Shown piece by piece: positions 16,310 through 24,336 of a stretch of 41,763 bases of DNA (its first letter is position 1; every line of letters starts with the position of its first letter). Under the pieces are notes generated by a model that did not search any database, was not told the DNA's origin, and saw only the letters and a list, made by a program, of their open reading frames with translations. Both the position numbers and the translations under genes were made by a program. Source of the DNA: a virus; the IMG/VR virus record IMGVR_UViG_3300005987_000004, positions 1 to 41,763 of that record. The stretch is one strand, 5' to 3'.

Positions 16310-16337
16310 CAAACGGCCCCCTTTCGGGGGCCGTTTG
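16310..16337. terminator. Intrinsic terminator downstream of the major capsid gene
   Basis: CAAACGGCCCCC-TTTC-GGGGGCCGTTTG. The 26-nt core is identical to that of the 1431-1458 hairpin. Confidence 0.8.
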
Positions 16338-16403
16338 TCGTTCCCACCACAGGAGACGAGTAGATTGCCTTGCTTTACCCCAAAGGGAAGGGAGGAAGGC
16401 CGA

Positions 16404-17342
16404 TCAGGCGGTCTTGCCAGTCAGCTTGCCCAGGCGCTTGCGGTTCGACACCGTCAGGTTGCCGTACGCCGTGATGAGCGAGTAGCGGGCATCCATGTTC
16501 TCAGGACGCACGAACGGGGTCTGAGTGAACCAGCGGTCGCTGTGACCAACCAGCTTGATGTACTTCGAGTTCAGGAAGTACATGGTGCCAGAGGTGCAAG
16601 CGGGGTCGTAGACCACGGGAGCACCCTTGAACATCAGGTTCTGGAAACCCAGGTTCGCCATCTTGACATCCGAGTAGCGGACCTGAGGGGTCAGCAGCGA
16701 CTCAAACTTCTCGAACAGCGTCTGAGTCGTCAGGGCGATGTCAGGCTGGTCCTTACCGCGAGACACACTGTTGTACGCCGTACGCATGTACGCCTCGGTC
16801 AGCGCACCACCAGTGTTCTCCTCATAGGACCTCCACCAGGTGTTGTCCAAAGCCGACGAGTCGATACCACCGACAGTGTTGCCCGATTCGACCAGGTTGC
16901 CCAGGCCGTTGAAGTCCTTCGAGCTGTTGCCGCTACCGTCGGCGAACAGCATCGTGTTCAGACCTTCCTTCATCGTCTCTTCCGCCTGGAACACCTTCGC
17001 TTCCAGCAGATCGAGGACGGCCTGTTCGCCGTTGTTCTTCGCCTCTTCGATGCCACTGATGGCAATCGAAGTGGCCAGCTGACGCCACTCGTACTCCGCG
17101 GCAGTGATGCCTTCCTGCGGGGTCAGCTCGATCGGGTCGTAACCCGAGTACGAACCGAAGGTCGAGTTGTCAGCATAGAGCAGCGGCTCGATGATCTTCG
17201 TGCCGCCACGCAGCTTCACCTGACCCTTTTCCTTGAGGTACCAGGTCAGTACACGGTCGTTGAAGACGTTGTCGGTCAGCTTCTTCTGGTAGTTCGCCAG
17301 AGTAGTTGAGATGAGTGCATCAAAAGAGGCATTGCCAGCCAT
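16404..17342 (-). CDS. Major capsid protein (HK97-fold type)
   Basis: AAGGAG SD, position after the scaffold, a terminator downstream, and an N-terminal pattern (ALISTTL..Y...L.DNVF...L..YL) typical of capsid families. Confidence 0.85.
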   Translation of the reverse strand: MAGNASFDALISTTLANYQKKLTDNVFNDRVLTWYLKEKGQVKLRGGTKIIEPLLYADNSTFGSYSGYDPIELTPQEGITAAEYEWRQLATSIAISGIEEAKNNGEQAVLDLLEAKVFQAEETMKEGLNTMLFADGSGNSSKDFNGLGNLVESGNTVGGIDSSALDNTWWRSYEENTGGALTEAYMRTAYNSVSRGKDQPDIALTTQTLFEKFESLLTPQVRYSDVKMANLGFQNLMFKGAPVVYDPACTSGTMYFLNSKYIKLVGHSDRWFTQTPFVRPENMDARYSLITAYGNLTVSNRKRLGKLTGKTA

Positions 17343-17360
17343 GAGAGGCTCCTTGTTGGG

Positions 17361-18224
17361 TTAGCTTTCCAACTGCCGTTTCGCAGCGTTGAAAGCGTCT
17401 GAAAGTGAACGGACCTCACCCACCTGCGTCGTCCCATTCGGCTGTGCGGCAGAGCCGCCCGAAACGATCGCTGCACTCTTCTTCGCGGTTCGCTGCACAG
17501 TGGCTTGGCGGACCTGCTCTTCCAGACGCTGCTTCTCAGCAAGCACACGGTCGAAAGCGAGTTGCTTGTATGCGACCTCAAGATCGGGTTGCTGCGTGCG
17601 AATCGCATGAGCAATCACGTCTTGCGGGTTGAAATCAGGGAATGCGGTTTGCAGCTGCTGAATCTGGTTCCGCAACCGCATGTCAGATTCGGCCTGCTCG
17701 ATGCGCTCCAACCGCTGTGCAATCAAATCCAGACGGGGGTCTGAAACTGCTGCGGGAGAAGAACTGCCCCAACCATCATCCGACTCGGCCCAAGGGTCGA
17801 ACTGATCGTTCGCCACGGCTGTCGGCTGCTGCGTCACTTTCGGCTGAATGCCATACTGTGAGGCAAGAAGGGCAATGGTGCCCTCGGGGTCCACATCTAG
17901 CGCGGCCTTGACGGCGGAAGCCCAACCAAGGTCATTACGCTGCGCTGCCAACTCCTGTGTCTTGCGGGTGTAATCCGCCTGACGCTGGTAGCCAGCAACA
18001 GCCTCAGCCAACGGAACAAAGTCCTCCTGCCCCTCGATCTTGACAGGAACCCGAAAGTTCCCATACTGATCGAAGTCCAGAACATCGAACTGCTCCTCAA
18101 CTTCGGCCCCGTCCAGTTCTTCGACTTGTCCGTCAACAACGGGGTCTTCAATCTGGACATCATCTTCGACGAATACGTCGGTCATTACGCTCCTTGTGCG
18201 AGTCCCCACAACGGGGTTGCTCAT
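17361..18224 (-). CDS. Scaffolding protein (alternative start ATG 18185 with a strong AAGGAG SD)
   Basis: Acidic N-terminus and helical Q/A/E-rich body, between the portal and the capsid. Confidence 0.7.
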   Translation of the reverse strand: MSNPVVGTRTRSVMTDVFVEDDVQIEDPVVDGQVEELDGAEVEEQFDVLDFDQYGNFRVPVKIEGQEDFVPLAEAVAGYQRQADYTRKTQELAAQRNDLGWASAVKAALDVDPEGTIALLASQYGIQPKVTQQPTAVANDQFDPWAESDDGWGSSSPAAVSDPRLDLIAQRLERIEQAESDMRLRNQIQQLQTAFPDFNPQDVIAHAIRTQQPDLEVAYKQLAFDRVLAEKQRLEEQVRQATVQRTAKKSAAIVSGGSAAQPNGTTQVGEVRSLSDAFNAAKRQLES

Positions 18225-18246
18225 CACCTGTAGTCAGGGCCGTTAC
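18222..18246 (-). promoter_or_regulatory. Late-strand start-associated motif (scaffold)
   Basis: Minus strand reads GTAACGGCCCTGACTACAGGTGATG. The TAA within it is the portal stop. Confidence 0.8.
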
Positions 18247-19973
18247 ACCTGCGGAGCGCCACCGCCCAACATCGCCATAATCTCAGGCGGCACACCACCC
18301 TCAGGTGGCATGCCCTCGGGAGGCATGCCCTCCTCGGGGGGCATGCCCTCAGGACCCATCGGCTGCGGCGGGGGAGCAAGGAACGAATCAGGGTTCTTCA
18401 CCCCAAACCCGAACTGCAACACATGAACCGCTAACGCCCGCGGGTCAACCACCTGCATCTCAATGAACGGTGCCATCGCATCGACAAGCTGCAACGCGGA
18501 CTGACGACGGAACGACTCGTTGTTCGGCTGAGTGGACCCAGCCTCCACCTCGAAGTCGAACTCGCCAGCGATGTAATCGGCATCGAACGTCACCCAAACA
18601 GGCTCACCGTCCTGACCGAAAATGCGGGCAACCTGCTCGCCCTCCATGAACTGCTGTGCCAGCTGCACCATCCGAGACGCAACCGCCGAGATCGAACCCT
18701 CGATCGTCGCCAGCTTGTCAGCGGCACGGGCGTTCGACGCATCAGCGATGATCGACGCCTCCGTAGCGGTGCGGCGAATCTCAGGCATCTGCCCGTTCAT
18801 GTACTCAGACACACCCGAAATGCCCGTGATGTCATCACGAATCAGGTTCGACTGGTTGTAGAACTCGGGCGGAGTGATCGTCGCCTGCACAGGCTGCATC
18901 GCATCCTGCAACGGGCCATCGCCCTTCACGGGAATCATCGCATTGTCAACATCCGATTCCAGCGCCGCACGACCATCCGCATCGAACCTGTCCTCATCGA
19001 ACAGGTACTTGCGGGCGTACCGCTTGCGGTGATTCATCATCTGCGTGCGAGTCTCGTTCAGCTCCCGCTGCAACGGCTCGATCGCCTCAAGATCACCCAT
19101 CGGATAGAACTCGTCAGGGATGTCGTAGTTCCTGATCATCACGAACGGATGACCAAACGCGTACGGCATCGGCTGCGGGGGGACCAGGAAATGCTCGCAC
19201 GAATCAGCAAAGATGCTGATCGTGCGCTTCCGCAGATCGTAGAACTCCCAAACCTCAACAAACCCTTCGTCCTTGTCGTACGGGTCCTGCAACGTCCCGT
19301 CAGACGCCAAACGCTTCCACGAAGTCGGCTGCACGTTGTCACGCGCCTTCTTCGCATACCGCTTATCCGACTTCACATCCTTGATCGCACGACGAACCCG
19401 CTGAGCAATCCAACCAATGTCTTCCATCGACGTCGCATCAGGGTCCACGTACACGTCGAACGGCGACACCCGCTCCACAAACGGGCGGTCCTCAGTGATG
19501 ACCACCGACGGCATCACATCGTTGCCCTCGACCGCCTCATCCGAGATGTCACCCTCGGACCCGACCTGCTCCTCTTCAACGTAGCGGTATCCGCACTTCA
19601 ACCAGCCATGCCCGAAGATCAAGAAGTCCTTCACGGCCCGTCGGAACGACGGCTTCACGTTGTAATGCCGCCACCAGTAGTTGATGACCGCTTCCGTGAT
19701 GATCGCCCGAGGCGCATCATCAGGCTTCGTCGCGTTCACAGCGATCTTCGGATGGTTCACCGCCACGGACGGTGCGATCACGTTGATCGTCTGGAAACAG
19801 ATGTTGACGAGCAACCTGTCCTCGTTCGACAGATACTCGTAGTGCTTGCCGCGGTACAGGCGATTCAGGCGACGCCAAGTGTCGTCGTAGCCTTCATCGT
19901 CCCGCCAACGCTTTGAAGCGTTGATCTTCGAGTGGTAGCGGGAAACGATGTCAGAGTTGGACGGTCGGGGCAT
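18243..19973 (-). CDS. Portal protein
   Basis: 576 aa, upstream of the scaffold and capsid and downstream of the large terminase. C-terminal (E)GMPP repeats. Confidence 0.8.
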   Translation of the reverse strand: MPRPSNSDIVSRYHSKINASKRWRDDEGYDDTWRRLNRLYRGKHYEYLSNEDRLLVNICFQTINVIAPSVAVNHPKIAVNATKPDDAPRAIITEAVINYWWRHYNVKPSFRRAVKDFLIFGHGWLKCGYRYVEEEQVGSEGDISDEAVEGNDVMPSVVITEDRPFVERVSPFDVYVDPDATSMEDIGWIAQRVRRAIKDVKSDKRYAKKARDNVQPTSWKRLASDGTLQDPYDKDEGFVEVWEFYDLRKRTISIFADSCEHFLVPPQPMPYAFGHPFVMIRNYDIPDEFYPMGDLEAIEPLQRELNETRTQMMNHRKRYARKYLFDEDRFDADGRAALESDVDNAMIPVKGDGPLQDAMQPVQATITPPEFYNQSNLIRDDITGISGVSEYMNGQMPEIRRTATEASIIADASNARAADKLATIEGSISAVASRMVQLAQQFMEGEQVARIFGQDGEPVWVTFDADYIAGEFDFEVEAGSTQPNNESFRRQSALQLVDAMAPFIEMQVVDPRALAVHVLQFGFGVKNPDSFLAPPPQPMGPEGMPPEEGMPPEGMPPEGGVPPEIMAMLGGGAPQV

Positions 19974-20021
19974 TGGTCCACCAAACTGTGTAAGGGCGCA
20001 CTATCGGGTGCGGCGCGGACG

Positions 20022-20057
20022 AATGCCCGCACGTCGGGCAATGCCCGCACGTCGGGC
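20022..20057. repeat. Tandem duplication (2 x 18 bp) of AATGCCCGCACGTCGGGC, each unit a small palindrome
   Basis: Read directly from the sequence. Lies in the 147-bp gap upstream of the portal start. Confidence 0.9.
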
Positions 20058-20120
20058 ATGGTGCAGTACGGCGGTCGGGAACCCGCCACTGTCCGTAGTC
20101 AATGACACCTGTCACCACCA

Positions 20121-20336
20121 TCAAGCGACCTTGGTGTTCGACTTTGCGATGCCGAAACCAAGCGCACCAAGCACCAAAGCGACCTTCGCCTGGACGCCCG
20201 ACTCAACAAACCCCCAGCCAGCCAGATCGAGGGCAGTCTCAACGGCAAACGCCGTTGCCAGTACACCGTAGATGGTGTCCCGAATCTTCACGGGAATGCG
20301 CTGGAAAAGTTCGCTGGTCTGCGTGATCGGGTTCAT
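20121..20336 (-). CDS. Small two-TM membrane protein (holin candidate)
   Basis: Hydrophobic segments IYGVLATAFAV... and VALVLGALGFGIA. Confidence 0.55.
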   Translation of the reverse strand: MNPITQTSELFQRIPVKIRDTIYGVLATAFAVETALDLAGWGFVESGVQAKVALVLGALGFGIAKSNTKVA

Positions 20337-20629
20337 ACGTGCTGCCTTTCAGAAGCGTGGGCGTGGAACGCCAGGTGACCTGCAACCAGGTCGTTCAAAT
20401 GGTCAAGCTTTGCGTCGTGACGGGCGAGATGAACATCCAGGCTGTCGAAGCGGCTCACCAACGCCGCTGTCGTCGCACCCAACTCGTCCTTCACAACAAC
20501 CGCCGCGGACAAGCGGGCGTCCTGGGCGGCCGCATGTTGCGCAGTGTTCTTCTCATCTATCCGTTTCAGGAACCACATCACGGGTCCACCGATCAACGCG
20601 ACAGCAACAGCAGCAATCAGCGCCTCCAT
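20333..20629 (-). CDS. N-terminal-TM, coiled-coil protein
   Basis: MEALIAAVAVALIGGPVMWFL followed by a helical region. TGATG coupling to the upstream gene. Confidence 0.6.
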   Translation of the reverse strand: MEALIAAVAVALIGGPVMWFLKRIDEKNTAQHAAAQDARLSAAVVVKDELGATTAALVSRFDSLDVHLARHDAKLDHLNDLVAGHLAFHAHASERQHV

Positions 20630-20856
20630 CACACCCACCTCGCCCCAACAGGCTCGACCTCCCGACCCGTTTCCTTCGCCCGATCAACGATCTCCCGTTG
20701 ACGCTCACCAAAGGTCGGACCATGGAACGTTTCCTTACCATGCGAGAAACCGATCGAAATGCCACCCAGGTGGCACTTGAAGCAAATCTTCCCACGGCGA
20801 GGAATCACGTCAAACGTGAAAGTGGCCCCACATGTTTCACAAATCGCTGCACCCAT
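20629..20856 (-). CDS. Zinc-ribbon protein
   Basis: CETCG...CFKCH. Preceded by GTAACG-N15-ATG. Confidence 0.6.
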   Translation of the reverse strand: MGAAICETCGATFTFDVIPRRGKICFKCHLGGISIGFSHGKETFHGPTFGERQREIVDRAKETGREVEPVGARWV

Positions 20857-20877
20857 CACCCAAAGGCGAGTCGTTAC
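20854..20877 (-). promoter_or_regulatory. Late-strand start-associated motif, N15 variant (zinc-ribbon CDS)
   Basis: Minus strand reads GTAACGACTCGCCTTTGGGTGATG. The TAA within it is the large-terminase stop. Confidence 0.75.
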
Positions 20878-22466
20878 ATCCGTTTCGACACGTTGTACGA
20901 ACCGATAGGAATCCGTTCGTACGCCGCATCATTCGTAACCGACAAACTCTCAAACCAAGACAGCGAAAACTTCGGAGGCGGGGCCTCCTGCTTATACTGA
21001 GGCAACCACACGAACTTCAACATCTGGTAGCAGATCGCCAACGACATCACCCTGTCGTCGTGAGGGGAGCCATGCATCTTCCCGTTCGTGTCCCGCACAA
21101 ACGTCTTCAACTCGCCGATCGTCCACTGGTCCACCAAGTCCAGCTCACCATCGCGCAGCGACCCAGCCAGCTCGTCAACCGCCAACGGCTTCGACGCCGA
21201 CGTCGTCCGCCAACCCAAAATCTCCGTCTCTGACGGCACGCGCTGCCCCAGGCGGCGGGTGCGGTACAGATTCCGATACCCGTACCGTTGCATCGCCTTC
21301 AACGTCGTCAAACCATGGTTGTTGTTCTCCACACCAACCAAACACCCGTTGAACCACCAGCCGATCTCAGCCAGCAGGTAGCCGAAACGGTCAGGGTCGA
21401 TGTGCCCATGCCAATGGGCAACCACAGCTTTCGACTGGGCGTCGATCACATGAACGGACGAGTAGTCGCCGTGGCCCAAGCCCTCGGCGACGTCCGCCCC
21501 AATCACATACACACCCTTCGGCTCAGGGAACGCCCACACAGCAAACTCGCCACCATCGGACTCGATGAACTCGCCCGAGCGGCGGGCCTCGAACTTCATG
21601 AACCCCCGCACAGGGTCAACCGTCTCGATCTTCGACAGACGCTTCACGTCGAACACAGGGTTGCCTGACATGATGAATGCTTCCTCAGGGTCCCGCGGGT
21701 ACTCCTGATGCAGCTGCCACGATGGCATGTTACGAACCTTCGTTTCGTACCACGCCTCGTCACGATCACCAGCCGACCACGGCCAGAAAATCCCCTTGAA
21801 GTTGTTCGTCCCCGTCTGTGACCCCACCCACAACTGGTGGAAGAAATCGCCAGCACCGTTCGCCGTTGACAACCCGATCACACGACCACCCACGTCAGCG
21901 ATCGGCTCGATCGAAGCCCACGCCTCCTCAGGGTTCGGCAAGAACGCCCACTCATCCACAATCACCAGATACACCGACTCGCCACGCGCAGGGTCGTTGT
22001 TACTGGGCAACGATTCGATCGCCGAATCGTTGTCAAACGTCATCTTCAACTGGTTGTTCGACGTCACCTGCGGGCCACGCAACAGCATCCACTTCGGCAG
22101 ATACTTGAACCCGTACTTCGCTTTCGCCAACAACTTCGTCGCTTCACGCTCCGTCTTCGACAACATGACAATGAACCTGTCAGGCCAGAAGAACGCCAAC
22201 CAGAACGCGTACGCAGCCGCCAACGTAGAAAACCCGATCTGACGGGCCTTCAACGCAACCGAATAACGGTTGCTCATCCACTCACGAATCGTCTCCCGCT
22301 GCGCATGACGCATCTCAAAGATGATGCGACCACGCTCGGGATGCTTGATATACCAGTACTTCGTACAGAAATAGGTGAACGCATCCACCAGCTCATCAAC
22401 GGACGCCGAAGGCGGGCCTTTGCAGGCCCGCCACTCGCGTTCGTCAAGGAGTTCTTGAAGGTCCAA
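20874..22466 (-). CDS. Terminase large subunit
   Basis: ARQIGFST ATPase block, VYLVIVDEWAF Walker B, and a C-terminal nuclease-like GADVAEG...DYSSVHV. TTG start. Confidence 0.9.
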   Translation of the reverse strand: MDLQELLDEREWRACKGPPSASVDELVDAFTYFCTKYWYIKHPERGRIIFEMRHAQRETIREWMSNRYSVALKARQIGFSTLAAAYAFWLAFFWPDRFIVMLSKTEREATKLLAKAKYGFKYLPKWMLLRGPQVTSNNQLKMTFDNDSAIESLPSNNDPARGESVYLVIVDEWAFLPNPEEAWASIEPIADVGGRVIGLSTANGAGDFFHQLWVGSQTGTNNFKGIFWPWSAGDRDEAWYETKVRNMPSWQLHQEYPRDPEEAFIMSGNPVFDVKRLSKIETVDPVRGFMKFEARRSGEFIESDGGEFAVWAFPEPKGVYVIGADVAEGLGHGDYSSVHVIDAQSKAVVAHWHGHIDPDRFGYLLAEIGWWFNGCLVGVENNNHGLTTLKAMQRYGYRNLYRTRRLGQRVPSETEILGWRTTSASKPLAVDELAGSLRDGELDLVDQWTIGELKTFVRDTNGKMHGSPHDDRVMSLAICYQMLKFVWLPQYKQEAPPPKFSLSWFESLSVTNDAAYERIPIGSYNVSKRM

Positions 22467-22472
22467 CAGGAA

Positions 22473-22946
22473 TCAGCTGGTCCGACGAACCTTCGCCCAG
22501 CACCACAGATCAACAGGAGTACCCGCCGCGACGTTGTCCACGTCGAACTGCAACTCGTCACCAGCAGCGAACACAGTGTCCGCAGCAGCCGCCGAGAACG
22601 CATACGGGGCAGCAGCCGTCGAACTCGACGTCTCACCACCATCAATCGTCAGCTTCGTCGCAAGAATGGTCGTACCATTCTTGTTGACGTCCAGCGTAGT
22701 CAGGTTCGCATTGGCGGTCTTCACATTCGCACCAACATCCAGAACCTTGCACGAAAACGGCAGCGCCAGCGCTACGACCTCAGCCGCAGCCGACACGTTG
22801 CCCGTCACAGCCTTCACGAAGATGAACTCCTCCGTCGCCGCGATCGAAGCCATGTCAGCAGGCGGCAGAGCAGCAGCAGACGAACCGCCCACAATGCCCT
22901 GTAGCGCCGTGTACGCCAGCTTCGCTTCACCTTCGGTAATTGCCAT
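22473..22946 (-). CDS. Hypothetical beta-rich protein between the small and large terminase genes
   Basis: Strong AAGGAG SD before ATG 22946. Ala/Thr/Val-rich. Confidence 0.7.
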   Translation of the reverse strand: MAITEGEAKLAYTALQGIVGGSSAAALPPADMASIAATEEFIFVKAVTGNVSAAAEVVALALPFSCKVLDVGANVKTANANLTTLDVNKNGTTILATKLTIDGGETSSSTAAAPYAFSAAAADTVFAAGDELQFDVDNVAAGTPVDLWCWAKVRRTS

Positions 22947-23002
22947 GGGGGACTCCTTGAGAGTTAGGGGAGAAACAGTGATCTCACACAAACCCCCAGC
23001 CG

Positions 23003-23452
23003 TTACGCTCCAACCACCTCAGCAAAACCAGAACGCCGACCATCCCGCTCCGCCGACGCCCGAGACGCAATCAAAGCATCCAACTCCTCATCAGACAACT
23101 CAGCCACCGACCGAGTCGTCTGCACCTGCAACGGAGGCGGCACCATCCGACCAGTAGCCCTCAACCACGTCTCCGCAGCCTTGTTATCCCCATCCAACCC
23201 ACGCTGATACAGGCTATCCAGGAGTCCCTGCGTCCTCTCAGGAGACATCTGCACCGTATCCACACGCAACCGCCACTGCTCCCGAAAATCAGCCCGCTTC
23301 TCCCAATTCCGCAACGTCTCCGCAGCAACCCCCACCCCAGCCGCGTACTTATTCTTCGACGAAGGCACCCGCTCAGACGGCACAGTACACAACCAATCCA
23401 AATACGCCAACTGCCGAGAATCCAAACCACCAGTACCCGCTGTCGTAGCCAT
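23003..23452 (-). CDS. Terminase small subunit candidate
   Basis: First late gene. HTH-like AAGVGVAAETLRNWEKR and DNKAAETWLRATG. Preceded by the GTAACG-N16-ATG motif. Confidence 0.65.
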   Translation of the reverse strand: MATTAGTGGLDSRQLAYLDWLCTVPSERVPSSKNKYAAGVGVAAETLRNWEKRADFREQWRLRVDTVQMSPERTQGLLDSLYQRGLDGDNKAAETWLRATGRMVPPPLQVQTTRSVAELSDEELDALIASRASAERDGRRSGFAEVVGA

Positions 23453-23474
23453 CACCACAAGCCCCACCCGTTAC
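23450..23474 (-). promoter_or_regulatory. Late-strand start-associated motif (small terminase)
   Basis: Minus strand reads GTTTGTAACGGGTGGGGCTTGTGGTGATG. Confidence 0.8.
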
Positions 23475-23508
23475 AAACTACTTGCACACTACAAGTAACG
23501 TAACGCCT

Positions 23509-23527
23509 GGGGGGGGAAGGGGGGGGG
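23509..23527 (+). repeat. Homopolymer pair G8-AA-G9
   Basis: Read directly from the sequence. Confidence 0.95.
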
Positions 23528-23542
23528 CAAGAGCAAGACAAG

Positions 23543-23575
23543 CACCGTGAGCCGAGCTAAGGCTCGCTCACGGTG
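23543..23575. other. Stem-loop CACCGTGAGCCGAGC-TAA-GGCTCGCTCACGGTG
   Basis: 15-nt arms with one bulge, read directly from the sequence. Confidence 0.8.
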
Positions 23576-23712
23576 ATAGCAACGACAGTCCCGACCAACG
23601 GGAGGGACCCAAACCGTTACAAAACACCATATCCAACCCCCAGGGACCCAACCACTTCCAACCACCCACACCGCCACAGCCTGAGGGACTCCTTACTTTG
23701 GGTAGGGGCACA

Positions 23713-23732
23713 CCCCACCCCACCCCCACCCC
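23713..23732 (-). repeat. Canonical G-quadruplex motif on the minus strand (G4-T-G5-T-G4-T-G4)
   Basis: The plus strand reads CCCCACCCCACCCCCACCCC. Confidence 0.85.
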
Positions 23733-23863
23733 TTGCCATAACACCAGGTCAAAGCACATAACCTGCCTTACATGACCCCACCCAGGAAATTGCCCGATTA
23801 CTAGTAGTACAAGCGGTGTTCTCTCACGGGTCAATGGGGTTCGTGGGGGCGCTTGTATCAGGG

Positions 23864-23881
23864 TTGAAACGTGCGTTTCAA
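23864..23881. promoter_or_regulatory. Palindrome copy 1: TTGAAAC-GTGC-GTTTCAA
   Basis: Perfect 7-bp arms, 29 nt upstream of ATG 23910. Confidence 0.85.
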
Positions 23882-23909
23882 TCTGCTACCACAAGGAGAT
23901 GTAAGGGTC

Positions 23910-24323
23910 ATGTCGAAGAACAAGACGACGTTTGGTGTGTTCGAGTCGAAGATCGTTGAGGGTGACAAGTGCATCCTGGTCGGTTGGTGGGGTGCTGCTG
24001 AGGAAGCGGTGTCGTTGAAGCTGTCGGCTTCGGCGTATGCTGCTGAGGCGGTGAAGGTGTCGAAGCTGTACACTGCTGACAGTATCCGTGTGTCGATCGG
24101 CTACTGCCTGCGGGCGATGAAGGCTGGTTGGGGGTTGGGTGAGTTCGTGTCGTTCGAGCACTTGAAGGACTGTGTGGCGTCGCTGTCAACGAAGAAGGGC
24201 AAGGGGAAGATCGACCCCGTGCAGCGTGTGGCGGCGTCGGCGCACAACCTGACGTCGGTGCAGCTGCGTGCCCTGTTGGCCGACCTCGCTGAGGAGATGG
24301 GCTACAAGCTCGTCAAGAAGTGA
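23910..24323 (+). CDS. Hypothetical protein, first early gene (self-contained unit)
   Basis: CTACCACAAGGAG upstream of the ATG, a palindrome upstream and a terminator downstream. G-ending codon bias unlike most of the arm. Confidence 0.75.
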   Translation: MSKNKTTFGVFESKIVEGDKCILVGWWGAAEEAVSLKLSASAYAAEAVKVSKLYTADSIRVSIGYCLRAMKAGWGLGEFVSFEHLKDCVASLSTKKGKGKIDPVQRVAASAHNLTSVQLRALLADLAEEMGYKLVKK

Positions 24324-24336
24324 GCGTGGCCTGTTC

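Larger units (their letters stand above)
23453..23909. promoter_or_regulatory. Divergent control region between the late and early arms
   Basis: 457 bp without a credible ORF. Holds G8AAG9, a C4-5 x4 tract, a 15-bp-stem hairpin, GTAACG copies on both strands and palindrome copy 1. Confidence 0.8.

Noticed and set aside
16191-17309. Plus-strand 372-aa ORF
   Set aside because: It is antisense to the major capsid gene and runs through the capsid terminator, so it is an artefact.
23489-23834. Minus-strand ORFs 23489-23677 and 23568-23834 in the divergent region
   Set aside because: They are translations of G/C homopolymer tracts (W/G/P/V-rich) with no SD or start motif. The region is better explained as regulatory DNA.
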